Below are positions 27,881-37,615 of a stretch of DNA of 64,000 nucleotides, one piece after another (positions within the stretch are counted from its first letter, which is position 1; every line of letters starts with the position of its first letter). The notes below the pieces were generated by a model, which ran no database searches, was not told where the DNA came from, and worked only from the letters and a program-made list of their open reading frames with translations. A program made the position numbers and the translations under genes. Source of the DNA: a virus. Taxonomy: Duplodnaviria > Heunggongvirae > Uroviricota > Caudoviricetes. Where the stretch lies: the IMG/VR virus record IMGVR_UViG_3300042997_001281, positions 181,394 through 245,393 of that record; one strand, written 5' to 3'.

Positions 27881-28179
27881 TGTACAGACCATTACCAAAA
27901 AACGTAACAATTAGAAACAGTGATATAGACGGATTAGGTCTATTCGCAACAGAAAACATTCTCAAACATCATGTGTTTGGAATCACCCACATTAGAGATG
28001 ATGAGTTTGAAAATGGGTATAGTAGAACACCACTTGGTGGGTTCTTTAATCATTCGGAAACACCCAATTGTGAGGTGTATGAAGAAGGTAGATTTATAAT
28101 GATTAGGGCAATTAAAGACATAGTCCCCAATGAGGAGATTACTGCGTTTTACACGCTTTATGTTCCAAAAAGAGAGTAA
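27880..28179 (+). CDS. SET-domain protein lysine methyltransferase-like (99 aa)
   Basis: DIDGLGLFA (GxG), FFNHSETPNCEV (NHSCxPN motif) and NEEITAFY (ELTxDY-like). The minimal SET architecture resembles viral vSET. Confidence 0.75.
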   Translation: MYRPLPKNVTIRNSDIDGLGLFATENILKHHVFGITHIRDDEFENGYSRTPLGGFFNHSETPNCEVYEEGRFIMIRAIKDIVPNEEITAFYTLYVPKRE

Positions 28180-28180
28180 T

Positions 28181-28312
28181 TCAGCGACCCTGACCTCTGT
28201 ATTTCTTCACTTTACTGGTATGTTTGTTGATATTTTTTTTCGATTTACCCGAAGTTTTTTTACCAAAATTAACCTTTACAGAGTTTGAACTACTTTTTGA
28301 TGATTTTGCCAT
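28181..28312 (-). CDS. Small basic protein (43 aa, K/S-rich)
   Basis: Reverse-strand ORF MAKSSKSSSNSVKVNFGKKTSGKSKKNINKHTSKVKKYRGQGR that is not in the track. It is convergent with the SET gene. Confidence 0.3.
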   Translation of the reverse strand: MAKSSKSSSNSVKVNFGKKTSGKSKKNINKHTSKVKKYRGQGR

Positions 28313-28378
28313 GTTAATATTTTTCAAATAAATATTGTATATCCAAAAAAATACTATCTTTGTAGAAATTGTGATGAT

Positions 28379-30250
28379 ATGGAAATTTTAAGACAATCGA
28401 TAACTTATGCTATTATAACTGTGGTTAAGAACTATTGTAAGTTCCCACATCAAGGTGACCCAATTAAAAAACTCGTAATCCCCACTGAACTTGATAATGT
28501 TTTTTTTGATGTTTTTAAACTCCCAATGTCATTATCCCCAAAATATCTTACCATCCCATTATTTAAACACGAAAAAGGGGCCAAAACCAAATATTATTAT
28601 ACTAACGAGGATTTGGGTGATGAAAAGTCATTGAAGATACCATTTGAATTGGCATTTAAAAACACATTTTCAGGTGGAATAGATGGGGAGTTTTTCACCA
28701 CTAAAGATAGACACATAAAAAAACATTATGTAAATCCTTTTGCTCGTATTTTAATTGTCACAACAGAAAGGACCATTAAATTGGTTGATGGTAAAGTCAT
28801 TGCTCGCACATACAAAAGAACAAGGTCAAGGGACCTTAACTCTAAATATTTTAAGATTAGAACGAATAGTGAAGTCATATCCTTTAATTTAAATAATGGG
28901 GATATAAATGTTGGGGAATCTAATAGAAGAAATAAAGGTGTTAAAACAAATAGGTTTAGAAGAAATTCTTTTGGTGTAATTGAAAACCTAATTGGTTCAA
29001 ATGGTTTTTTTAAAATAACTAACAATGTAAGTAAAAATTCTCCCGTTTTTAATGAGTTTAAAAAAGAAATGGATGATGATGTCTTTTTGGATAGATTATT
29101 AATTGAGATTGGTCAACACAACGACACCCCAATTACGTTGATTGATAATGAGGATAAATTAAAATTACGTCTTAGATTTATAGACTTTCTTGTTAAACAT
29201 AAGAAAATTAAAACGCCCAATGATTACCATAAATTGATAACCATGTACTATCCGGGCGAAGTATACCTCAAGAAGAATGGTAGGAAATTAATACAATCGT
29301 CGTTAGATAGTTACGGAATATTATCTAAACTAACAAACAAAATGTTACATACCCATGTGGATATTGACATTAAACATTTGGCATTGTTCTGTGGATTTTT
29401 TGGTAATGAATATACAAAACACATCGGTAATTTAAAACCCCGAGCGTACGATTACTTCAAGTCAATAACCTCACAACCATACAGTGCCGAACCAATCAAA
29501 GAAAGAAAGAACTATCGAAGATTTAACCTTGAAGATAGTGAGAAGGAGAATATAATTAAAATCACCAATTCACTGGTTGATACCAAATCAGTTAGTGACC
29601 CATTACGTTCAGTGAGTGGTATCTATAGTTTATTTGTTGACCACTTGGATATGATAACTCAGATTAGAGAGTTTGACCCAAACTTTAGAATGAGGGCAAC
29701 AAACTATGATGACTTCCATACTGAACATATTGAGTTATCAAAGATGATTGCCACGATTAGAAAAGGTTGGTCAACCGAATATGTTTTTGATAACAGAATG
29801 GTTAGAAAGGTTGAGGAACCTTTTAATTTGTTAGGTGCGGATTTGGTTGAAAGAAAATTCACACCCCACATCTTAAAAAGAGATGAGGAGTATTCCGAAG
29901 AAGGTTCATTCATGCATCACTGCGTTGCTAGTTACGCGAATAAGGAATCATCAATAGTTATCTCATTAAGGACCGACGACGAAAAAGATAGGGTGACATG
30001 TGAGTTCGATAAGAAAACCGGTGAATGTATTCAAGAAAGACATTTCTGTAACCGTATACCACCTGAACACTTTACAGAACCATTAAGGTTATTGAGAGGG
30101 AAAGTTAAACGATTCTCACACCAAAGACTCCTAACCCATTTAGAAACAAAAAAAGTTAGGGTAAAGATTAATGGTAAAGAAGTCCCAATAGCCCAATTAC
30201 AGGGAGGAAATGGTTTAAACTTACCCAACCATCATTTGTTTGGATTTTAA
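28379..30250 (+). CDS. Large hypothetical protein, family B paralogue 1
   Basis: 623 aa. It shares blocks with the next gene (DSYGI(L/K)SK…(F/Y)(V/C)CG(F/L)FG(N/E)(E/N)Y) and a C-terminal xMxxC(V/M) motif (FMHHCVASYA). Confidence 0.6.
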   Translation: MEILRQSITYAIITVVKNYCKFPHQGDPIKKLVIPTELDNVFFDVFKLPMSLSPKYLTIPLFKHEKGAKTKYYYTNEDLGDEKSLKIPFELAFKNTFSGGIDGEFFTTKDRHIKKHYVNPFARILIVTTERTIKLVDGKVIARTYKRTRSRDLNSKYFKIRTNSEVISFNLNNGDINVGESNRRNKGVKTNRFRRNSFGVIENLIGSNGFFKITNNVSKNSPVFNEFKKEMDDDVFLDRLLIEIGQHNDTPITLIDNEDKLKLRLRFIDFLVKHKKIKTPNDYHKLITMYYPGEVYLKKNGRKLIQSSLDSYGILSKLTNKMLHTHVDIDIKHLALFCGFFGNEYTKHIGNLKPRAYDYFKSITSQPYSAEPIKERKNYRRFNLEDSEKENIIKITNSLVDTKSVSDPLRSVSGIYSLFVDHLDMITQIREFDPNFRMRATNYDDFHTEHIELSKMIATIRKGWSTEYVFDNRMVRKVEEPFNLLGADLVERKFTPHILKRDEEYSEEGSFMHHCVASYANKESSIVISLRTDDEKDRVTCEFDKKTGECIQERHFCNRIPPEHFTEPLRLLRGKVKRFSHQRLLTHLETKKVRVKINGKEVPIAQLQGGNGLNLPNHHLFGF

Positions 30251-30288
30251 GACTACATAATTCCAAAAAGTCCGTATATATTTTGTAT

Positions 30289-31692
30289 ATGGACTTATTG
30301 TTTAATCATAGTCAAAATAAAAAAGAAAGGGGAGTAATCGACAAACAAGGAGGTTTAACCTCTAACTGTCAATTAATGTTATATCAATACGATAACTTAA
30401 TTCAATACATTGCCGAATTTTCATTTGATTATAATAGGTACGGTACCCGTAGAAAGATGGTTGTTAGCCACGGTTTAACTATTAATCTAAAGAATGGTAA
30501 TGTTACAACAAATTACCAATTATCAAACGACGGTATCGATGATAATCGTACAACCAAAGGTAGAATCAAAAGACAAACAAATAACTTTAGTACACTTTTT
30601 GATTTTACCGAATCAGGGTTTTTTAAAGGTGAAAAAAGACAAAACTACTGGGGTGTAAAATACACAAGAGCGTGCGACTCAATTATGAAAATATTGTTGA
30701 GTAAGATTGTCCCAATACTTCAATCCGAATACTATAAAACAAAACTATATGAACATAAACCACACATCAATCCTCTGTTCGATTTACTTGTTGACTTTCA
30801 TTTAGATAGAAAAAAAATCAGAGCACACGATGATGTGTACCATTCAATACAATATGATTATCCAAAACCAAAATGGTTGAAGTTAAACGATTACAAATAT
30901 CTGCCAGCAATATTGGATTCATACGGTATCAAATCAAAATACTTAATTGGTGAAATCAACAAATCGGAAGATTACATTAATATCAGAACGATAAGTTATG
31001 TGTGTGGTTTATTTGGTGAGAATTATATTGATTACCTCAAACAAATTAAATGGATTGATTACTGCACAGTGACAGTTCCAAACAAAAGGTACCACACATT
31101 AAAGAATGAATCTGAAAAACGATTCATGGTTAAGTTGTTTAACAATTGGGAAAAAGATGGATTACAAAACGATTCGTTAGTATTTTCATTAAACGAATTA
31201 CTATCTATTCGTGAATCATTATTAAATAATAATTTAGATTTAAAGTTTAAAGCAAATGATGATAATAGTTTTGAAATATTATTGAAACAGTGGGAAGGAT
31301 ATAAGAACCATTTTAAAAAAGGTTATCGTATTAGGTATGCGTTACCTGATGATTTTATTTCACATATAGAAGAAGATATCGTAGTTGACGGGGAAACATT
31401 TAACGTCACAATATTGAAAACTGAAGACGAATTTTCATTGGAGGGGTATAAAATGAAAAACTGTATGGGTAAACAATTTACCAACGGACTACTCTATGTT
31501 TATATTGCCATGACCCACAAAAGAAAAAGAATTAATTTACAATACAGGAAGGGGTGTTTAAGTCAACAATACGGTAAGGCAAATACCTCAGTGGATGTTT
31601 TGTTTAACAAATCAATACAAATATTAAACAAAAAGATGTCGGAATATTCGGGTCTTCAATTAAGGAAGGAAAAGTTTGACTTTATTTCGTAA
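30289..31692 (+). CDS. Large hypothetical protein, family B paralogue 2
   Basis: Paralogue of the 28379 gene, with C-terminal KMKNCMGKQF…LLYVYIAMTH. ATG at 30289. The listed ORF starts at TTG 30283. Confidence 0.6.
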   Translation: MDLLFNHSQNKKERGVIDKQGGLTSNCQLMLYQYDNLIQYIAEFSFDYNRYGTRRKMVVSHGLTINLKNGNVTTNYQLSNDGIDDNRTTKGRIKRQTNNFSTLFDFTESGFFKGEKRQNYWGVKYTRACDSIMKILLSKIVPILQSEYYKTKLYEHKPHINPLFDLLVDFHLDRKKIRAHDDVYHSIQYDYPKPKWLKLNDYKYLPAILDSYGIKSKYLIGEINKSEDYINIRTISYVCGLFGENYIDYLKQIKWIDYCTVTVPNKRYHTLKNESEKRFMVKLFNNWEKDGLQNDSLVFSLNELLSIRESLLNNNLDLKFKANDDNSFEILLKQWEGYKNHFKKGYRIRYALPDDFISHIEEDIVVDGETFNVTILKTEDEFSLEGYKMKNCMGKQFTNGLLYVYIAMTHKRKRINLQYRKGCLSQQYGKANTSVDVLFNKSIQILNKKMSEYSGLQLRKEKFDFIS

Positions 31693-31791
31693 TTTTTCAA
31701 AATATCTTTAAAAATATTTTGGATATGTGGATATTCTAACTATTTTTGTCTTCTAATTTTGTAATGTCAAAAAAATTAAGTACATTTTATT

Positions 31792-31956
31792 ATGCAAGAA
31801 AAAGAATCAAAAACAAATGTCCATTTCAGGATTAGTATTGTAAAGTCAGGTATCAGAATCGGGGCATGTTATTGTCTTTTTACCTTGAATTTTACCGGTG
31901 CGGCTATCATGTTGTGTTTAGCGGAGATACTGGGTATCGCCGAAGAAATTTTTTAA
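31792..31956 (+). CDS. Small hydrophobic protein (54 aa)
   Basis: ORF not in the track, with a hydrophobic C-terminal half. It lies downstream of a promoter-like region at 31700-31760. Confidence 0.25.
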   Translation: MQEKESKTNVHFRISIVKSGIRIGACYCLFTLNFTGAAIMLCLAEILGIAEEIF

Positions 31957-31965
31957 ATTTTAACT

Positions 31966-32238
31966 ATGAAATACCTAAAAAAACCAATGACATATTTGAT
32001 GTTGTTGATGTTATTTGTTATTTGGTTGACACTACAGTACACCAAAGTAGATAATGAAAATAAAATCCTTAAAATGGATTTGGAGAAGGTTACCAATGAA
32101 AAGGATAGTATCTATTCTGAATGGTTTAATGAGTCAACAATAAGTGGTAGATATGAATTGACTTTTGACTACCTAAAAGAAATAGATAAAGAATCCTATG
32201 ACAAATGCGAACGATACCTCGAGCACGAAACCGAGTAG
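31966..32238 (+). CDS. Hypothetical protein with an N-terminal TM segment
   Basis: ORF of 90 aa. Confidence 0.45.
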   Translation: MKYLKKPMTYLMLLMLFVIWLTLQYTKVDNENKILKMDLEKVTNEKDSIYSEWFNESTISGRYELTFDYLKEIDKESYDKCERYLEHETE

Positions 32239-32590
32239 AAAGAGAACCCCTAAAAAAGTAAAAGAAGACATGTTAAACATTGACCCAGATAACCCAAATC
32301 AACAAGATTTTATTTTGGGTGGAGATACCATTCATATTAAAACATCCACCATTGTGAAACTTCATGAACGAATAGTTGTGCAATATGATAATGGACCAAT
32401 CGAACTTATAGTGGAAATCACGGCAGACTTTGATGAAATCCCTAAGAGATATCATGAGATATTTTTAAATGTATTATCGTCAAAGTATTTGGGTAGGGTT
32501 AATTTTGGTGATAATCCATTCTCAGAGTGCCGACCAATTCAAAAACGTAAATGGTACCAATTTTGGAAATCAAAATATTTTAACCAATGA
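32198..32590 (+). CDS. Hypothetical protein with a basic N-terminus
   Basis: ORF of 130 aa. It overlaps the previous gene by 41 nt, and an alternative internal start is at 32270. Confidence 0.45.
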   Translation: MTNANDTSSTKPSRKRTPKKVKEDMLNIDPDNPNQQDFILGGDTIHIKTSTIVKLHERIVVQYDNGPIELIVEITADFDEIPKRYHEIFLNVLSSKYLGRVNFGDNPFSECRPIQKRKWYQFWKSKYFNQ

Positions 32591-32763
32591 CAATAATATA
32601 CACTATCCTATCACTAATGTTTCTATCAATGGTGTTTATGTGTTACCAAATGGTAACGGCACCCATAATGGATGATAACGGAAACATTTTAGATAAAGAT
32701 GGTAATATTATAAACAAAAAGGGTAAAGTCATTGTAAAAAAAGAGGACCAAAATGAGAATTGA
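32587..32763 (+). CDS. Small membrane protein (58 aa)
   Basis: ATGA overlap with the upstream stop. Hydrophobic N-terminus and a K/D-rich tail. Not in the track. Confidence 0.3.
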   Translation: MTIIYTILSLMFLSMVFMCYQMVTAPIMDDNGNILDKDGNIINKKGKVIVKKEDQNEN

Positions 32764-32777
32764 CAATAATTAAGGAT

Positions 32778-32954
32778 ATGGGATTTATAGGATATGTTGT
32801 GTTAATTGTTATAACAATAACGATTGTTGCGTGGAGATGGGTTGAAGGTATTGATTATATGAAAACAAACCACCCCAATTATAAAGGGATGGACCTTTTT
32901 GGTGAAGATGAGGACGAATGGGATAACAATTCACACACTGAAGGAAAATTTTAA
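32778..32954 (+). CDS. Small membrane protein
   Basis: Single TM segment. ATG at 32778 within the listed ORF. Confidence 0.35.
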   Translation: MGFIGYVVLIVITITIVAWRWVEGIDYMKTNHPNYKGMDLFGEDEDEWDNNSHTEGKF

Positions 32955-32956
32955 TT

Positions 32957-33649
32957 ATGGAAATAGTACATCCACTAGTGGTTGGTGAAGTAAATGAAAT
33001 TAAACCGCACATCTATGCCGTCATAATAAAGGATGACTACGACCGTGCAATGTTATTCTGTAGATACCAAGAGTATTATGAGTCACCATACCCTGAAGTG
33101 AGGGGTAATGTGTTCAGTCTTGAATCTTACATGAGAACATACACTAAGGGTAATAAATCAACTTACTTTAGTTACCCACACGATTGGGTTGGATATAACA
33201 TTCCATCAAACATTCTTTTGGAGTCTCACAAAAAATTTAAATCACATTACCCAAATGAATATGACAATATCATGGGTAAGATTATTTCTTTCTGTGAAAA
33301 CGACACCAAAGGAAAGGGTGAAGAGCACCAACCGTGGTACATAATTGGTGCAGATAAAATCAAATCAGGTACCATGAACCACGAGATGGCCCATGGGTTA
33401 TATTACACCGATTTGAAGTATAAGGTTGAGATGGATTATTTGATAAGTCAAATCAGGAAGACCGAATATATCAGTTTGGGTAAACACCTAATCAAGGCGG
33501 GTTACGTTAACGATAAGAAAATAATAGATGATGAGATTCAGGCATTCATGTCAACTGGTAAGTACGCCAAATGGAGTGAAATAGTTTATAAAAAGTATTC
33601 ACCTGAGTTCGTAAAAGTATTTAAGAAATACAATGGAATCAATAAATAA
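32957..33649 (+). CDS. Hypothetical protein with an HExxH motif, possible zinc metallopeptidase
   Basis: GTMNHEMAHGLYY contains HEMAH. Confidence 0.45.
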   Translation: MEIVHPLVVGEVNEIKPHIYAVIIKDDYDRAMLFCRYQEYYESPYPEVRGNVFSLESYMRTYTKGNKSTYFSYPHDWVGYNIPSNILLESHKKFKSHYPNEYDNIMGKIISFCENDTKGKGEEHQPWYIIGADKIKSGTMNHEMAHGLYYTDLKYKVEMDYLISQIRKTEYISLGKHLIKAGYVNDKKIIDDEIQAFMSTGKYAKWSEIVYKKYSPEFVKVFKKYNGINK

Positions 33650-33730
33650 CTGTAAGGTATGTGGTAACCCAATACCAATTCTATTACCTGCGCAAAGTAT
33701 ATGTTTGGAGTGTCTCACTAAACCAAAAGA

Positions 33731-34300
33731 ATGAAAGTAATATTTTTAGACCATGACGGAGTAATCTGTTTATCCACAGAGTGGGGCGGTCGTTTCAAAA
33801 AACAAACCAAGGTTGGACGTAAACTGTCACAATCCGTTCTGTCTTTACCGGTCGATGCTCGATTCGACAACTTTAACAAAAAGGCGATTACCATCCTTAA
33901 CGAAATCTTAGAAGAAACAGGCGCTGAGATTGTTGTCTCATCAGATTGGAAACGATGGGCGAATGTTGAAGAGATGGGAGAGTATTATGAATCCAAAGGA
34001 ATCATTAAGAAACCAATTGCGTTTACTCCTGATTTATCTGAGTGTACTTGGTATAATGATAAGACATGGGTATGGTCAACTCAATGGGACTCGGAGATGT
34101 GTAGGGTTATCGAAATTAAACAATACCTACATGACCATCCTGAGATAACCCATTGGGTTTCTATTGACGATTTAAACATGGGTAATGATGAAGAATGGAA
34201 AACTTGGGGGTTAGATAATTTTGTTTTAACACCAAAAGGAAATGAAGGCATCAAACAATCGGGAGTAAAGGAGAAGGTTATTAAGTTTTTGACACTCTAA
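33731..34300 (+). CDS. HAD-like hydrolase
   Basis: MKVIFLDHDGVICLS carries HAD motif I. Confidence 0.5.
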   Translation: MKVIFLDHDGVICLSTEWGGRFKKQTKVGRKLSQSVLSLPVDARFDNFNKKAITILNEILEETGAEIVVSSDWKRWANVEEMGEYYESKGIIKKPIAFTPDLSECTWYNDKTWVWSTQWDSEMCRVIEIKQYLHDHPEITHWVSIDDLNMGNDEEWKTWGLDNFVLTPKGNEGIKQSGVKEKVIKFLTL

Positions 34301-34341
34301 AAGGGAGTTTTATACTATTTATTAGATATATTTATTAAGAC

Positions 34342-35655
34342 ATGAAGAAGACACTCCAAGAAGAATTAGAAAGAATCCACGAAATAACTTACGGTAAGGA
34401 GGTTATGACCGAAGGTTTCTTGGATAATATTTTGTCAAAAGTAGGTTTAAAGAAGAAAGACGACCCAAAGAAAGCGGATTTAGTTTCTAAAGACGTTGAA
34501 CAACTATACATTACATTAGAGGATGCTGTTGGTAAGGGTGGATTAAGTCAACAACAAAAAGGTTCAATGGGATTTCAAAAGGAAGTTGAATCTATGCAAA
34601 TCGGTTTAACATTACTCGGTTACACTTTACCAAAATATGGTGTCGACGGTTTGTTTGGTCCCGAGACCGCATCTGCCGTTAGTAAATTCACATCTGAGAA
34701 TGTCGAGAAACTTAATGAAAGTGCGTCCGAACTAAGAAGTACATTGGATGACTTGGGTCACGATGAGAAAGGTAATGAACTTACCAGTGGTGGACAGATT
34801 ACAGATGAAATTAGTGGTATTGTAAGTGACGTATTAAAAGATTATGCCGAGGTTAAACCTAAGGTAAAGGTTGTTGTTACCGCGGGTAATGATAATTTCC
34901 ATAAAGGTACTAAAAGTAGACATACAATGGGTCAAGCGGTTGACCTTGTATTGAAACCATATAATTCAGAAAACGCGAAGGCGTTCATGAATGTATTAAA
35001 CAAATACAAATCTAAAGACGGTAAGTTCTCATATATTGATGAGTACACTAACCCATCGAAAAACGCAACAGGACCACACTTTCACTTACAATATGGTGCG
35101 GGTAAGGCGGTTGGAGGACCATCAGGTGGTTCACCAAGTGCATCGATGACAAAGGCAACCCCTGAAATGTTAACCAAACTAATTGAATTACTTAAAGCAA
35201 AGAACATTGAGGACAATGATATTAAACAATATCTTGACCCAACAGTATTGGCAGGTGGTGTTACCGATAGTTCATTCTACGCAAAACTACTTGAAAATCT
35301 TGGCGCACCTGTAAGTGAAGAGAACCTTAAATTCCTTTATGCTTGGAGACAGGCGGAGGGAAGTGGTGGTACGTTTAATCCATTTAACACTACTTGGGAT
35401 TTACCGGGTTCTGTCTCAGTTAATAGTCATGGTGTTAAAAGTTATGAAACGATTGAGGATGGTATGATTGCCACCCTTAAAACACTTAGAAAAACAACAT
35501 ACAGTTGTATTGTTAACGGTTTAAAGAATGATATCGGTGCGGATAAAATCGCCAAATGTGAATCTTTAAAGACTTGGGGTACAGGTGATTTGGTTGCACA
35601 GGTTGTTAGTGGATACAATAGTGGGTCAAGTCCTAAAATTAAACCTTTATCATAA
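34342..35655 (+). CDS. Peptidoglycan hydrolase: PG_binding_1 domain plus peptidase M15 (VanY/L-Ala-D-Glu peptidase-like) domain
   Basis: QIGLTLLGYTLPKYGVDGLFGPETASAVSKF is a PG_binding_1 motif. SRHTMGQAVDLV matches the M15 SxHxxGxAVD motif and there is a later HFH. Confidence 0.6.
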   Translation: MKKTLQEELERIHEITYGKEVMTEGFLDNILSKVGLKKKDDPKKADLVSKDVEQLYITLEDAVGKGGLSQQQKGSMGFQKEVESMQIGLTLLGYTLPKYGVDGLFGPETASAVSKFTSENVEKLNESASELRSTLDDLGHDEKGNELTSGGQITDEISGIVSDVLKDYAEVKPKVKVVVTAGNDNFHKGTKSRHTMGQAVDLVLKPYNSENAKAFMNVLNKYKSKDGKFSYIDEYTNPSKNATGPHFHLQYGAGKAVGGPSGGSPSASMTKATPEMLTKLIELLKAKNIEDNDIKQYLDPTVLAGGVTDSSFYAKLLENLGAPVSEENLKFLYAWRQAEGSGGTFNPFNTTWDLPGSVSVNSHGVKSYETIEDGMIATLKTLRKTTYSCIVNGLKNDIGADKIAKCESLKTWGTGDLVAQVVSGYNSGSSPKIKPLS

Positions 35656-35701
35656 TATTTTTTTTTTACAAAAAAAAGTATATCTTATTAAAAAAATAAC
35701 T

Positions 35702-35929
35702 ATGGCAAAAGAATTATGCGTTACATGTGGGAAAGAAACCCTATATGAGTTCGAAACACACATCGACCACAGAATGGGTTATTTGGAAGGAATGGGACAA
35801 TTATGTCTCACTTGTTTTGAACGTCAAATCGATGAGGATGTTATATGTGTCCCAAAAAGTGTAATCAATGATACTCCAAATGATATGGAACTCGGTAAAA
35901 AAGTACGAGACATCATCAATAAAAGATAA
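35702..35929 (+). CDS. Small zinc-ribbon protein
   Basis: CVTCGKE … CLTCF are paired CxxC motifs. ATG at 35702 within the listed ORF. Confidence 0.45.
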   Translation: MAKELCVTCGKETLYEFETHIDHRMGYLEGMGQLCLTCFERQIDEDVICVPKSVINDTPNDMELGKKVRDIINKR

Positions 35930-35977
35930 CAATAACCATTTCGGTTGTATTTATATATAAGAAAAAAGTATCGTTAA

Positions 35978-37156
35978 ATGGACAATAAAACCAAAAAATA
36001 TTTAAAAAATCTCATTTTTGAATCTATCACTACAGATATGGGTGAGATGGCCGATTGGAAAAAAATGAGCGGGATAACCAAAAAATTCGAAAAGATAATG
36101 GATAAGACCAACAATCTTGTAGGATGGAATGTACAAGGAACCCCAATTTTATTCACTTGTGGTAGTGATATTAATCAATTCATTGAAGAAAATTCTGAGT
36201 TGATGGACGAACTAAAAGAAAAGTTCGGAGTAAATCTTAAATGGGAACAAGGTAATTTACCGGCATGTCAACCAAGAAGAAAGTTGGATGTAAAACCTTT
36301 ACCGGGTGGAGAAGGTGATGAAGAAGGTTCTATCGATACATCATATATTCACTCAGGTGAAAATATGTCAGAAGGAGAAAAAATCAAAAGAAAACTATTT
36401 TCTATCGTTGATACAGAATTCGGGGACCAAGAGTTCAGTGAAATTCTTAACAAAAGAAGTATCCCAACAATCGTTGCTAGAGACAGGAGACATATTAGTA
36501 TGTACGGTCGATACGATAACAATAAAATCAATTACGAAACACATAACTACAACGGTTATGAATCGTTACAAGATTTCTTAAAGGCGGCAATTGCACGTGT
36601 TAAAGGTGGAGATACTCCTGAAATGAAAACTTATTACTTGGCTAGACAATTTAACCAAAACTATAGAAATTGGGCAGCAGACAAGAAGAACCAAAAACAA
36701 TACGCTGGTAAAACAGATGTCTATAAATTAGATGCGTTTGGTCTTGAAGAAAAGAACATTGACGTTTCTATTCGTATGGATTTTCAAATCAGTGGTGAAA
36801 GAATGGGTGAGAGTTTTGCGTGGAATGTTAAAATGACAAACAAGATTGGTAAAAAGATGAAAGAAGAGAGTGGTTTAAGAGGTGGTTTCCTTGATGACAA
36901 AATCTTCCAAGTATCTAAAACTGCACAACTTGACCCAAGAAAAGAATATGGTAATTCATATACTGTAATGGATGATATCAATGTGATTAACGCATTGATG
37001 GAAGCCATTGAGGAATTAAAATCACAAATCGAGGCAATCGACCCTAAAGAAACATTAAAAGTCGCTAACGTTAAACAATACCAAATTAAGAGAGATGTTA
37101 ATGAAAGTATTAAAAACAGATTAGTTCAACGAGTGATAACTAAATTAAAGAAATAA
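35978..37156 (+). CDS. Hypothetical protein
   Basis: ORF of 392 aa. Confidence 0.55.
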   Translation: MDNKTKKYLKNLIFESITTDMGEMADWKKMSGITKKFEKIMDKTNNLVGWNVQGTPILFTCGSDINQFIEENSELMDELKEKFGVNLKWEQGNLPACQPRRKLDVKPLPGGEGDEEGSIDTSYIHSGENMSEGEKIKRKLFSIVDTEFGDQEFSEILNKRSIPTIVARDRRHISMYGRYDNNKINYETHNYNGYESLQDFLKAAIARVKGGDTPEMKTYYLARQFNQNYRNWAADKKNQKQYAGKTDVYKLDAFGLEEKNIDVSIRMDFQISGERMGESFAWNVKMTNKIGKKMKEESGLRGGFLDDKIFQVSKTAQLDPRKEYGNSYTVMDDINVINALMEAIEELKSQIEAIDPKETLKVANVKQYQIKRDVNESIKNRLVQRVITKLKK

Positions 37157-37162
37157 AATATT

Positions 37163-37507
37163 ATGGCAATACAAGTAAACGGATTCTTTCCAAACCCAAA
37201 CAACGACAGTTATATTAAAGATGCAGTTATCGCATTAAACGTTCAACAAATACCTATGGGTAGATTAGATATTCAGTGTCAACTATGTGTTGAAAAAGAA
37301 GTTACTAATCCGGCCGATGTAACCTCACTACAATTGGTGACGGTTTCACAATTTACCATTAATAACATTGACAGAGCGGAATTAAGTTTTGATGTGTCAT
37401 TAACTGACCCATATGAAATGTTATTGTCATCGGTTCAAGACTACTTAATTAGTAAATTCTCAACTGAAAATCCTGATTTAACTTTCGAAAATTACGTACA
37501 AGAATAA
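37163..37507 (+). CDS. Hypothetical protein
   Basis: ORF of 114 aa. Confidence 0.5.
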   Translation: MAIQVNGFFPNPNNDSYIKDAVIALNVQQIPMGRLDIQCQLCVEKEVTNPADVTSLQLVTVSQFTINNIDRAELSFDVSLTDPYEMLLSSVQDYLISKFSTENPDLTFENYVQE

Positions 37508-37513
37508 TTACAA

Positions 37514-37560
37514 TTCCCCCATAAAATAAGAATCCTCAAGAAATTGGGGATTTTTTTTGC
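37514..37560 (+). terminator. Possible terminator: long-loop hairpin followed by T8
   Basis: TCCCCCA…(24 nt)…TGGGGA-TTTTTTTT. Confidence 0.35.
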
Positions 37561-37566
37561 TATTAT

Positions 37567-37597
37567 TTGGAATATTCGAAATTATTTTTTATCTTTG
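37567..37597 (+). promoter_or_regulatory. Phage promoter: TTTGGAATATTCGAAA (-33 TTTG fused to the GGAATATTCC palindrome), then 19 nt, then TATCTTTG (-7)
   Basis: Exact motif located about 19 nt upstream of the ATG at 37616. Confidence 0.6.
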
Positions 37598-37615
37598 TAT
37601 CATAATATAATTATT

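Noticed and set aside
32469-32675. 68-aa ORF overlapping the end of the 32198 gene
   Set aside because: Out of frame with a better-supported gene. The alternative small ORF 32587-32763, with ATGA coupling, explains the downstream part better.
35656-35700. T10-ACA-A8 A/T-only dyad after the M15 peptidase gene
   Set aside because: It has no G/C stem, so it is not a credible intrinsic terminator. It is probably just an AT-rich spacer or promoter UP-like sequence.
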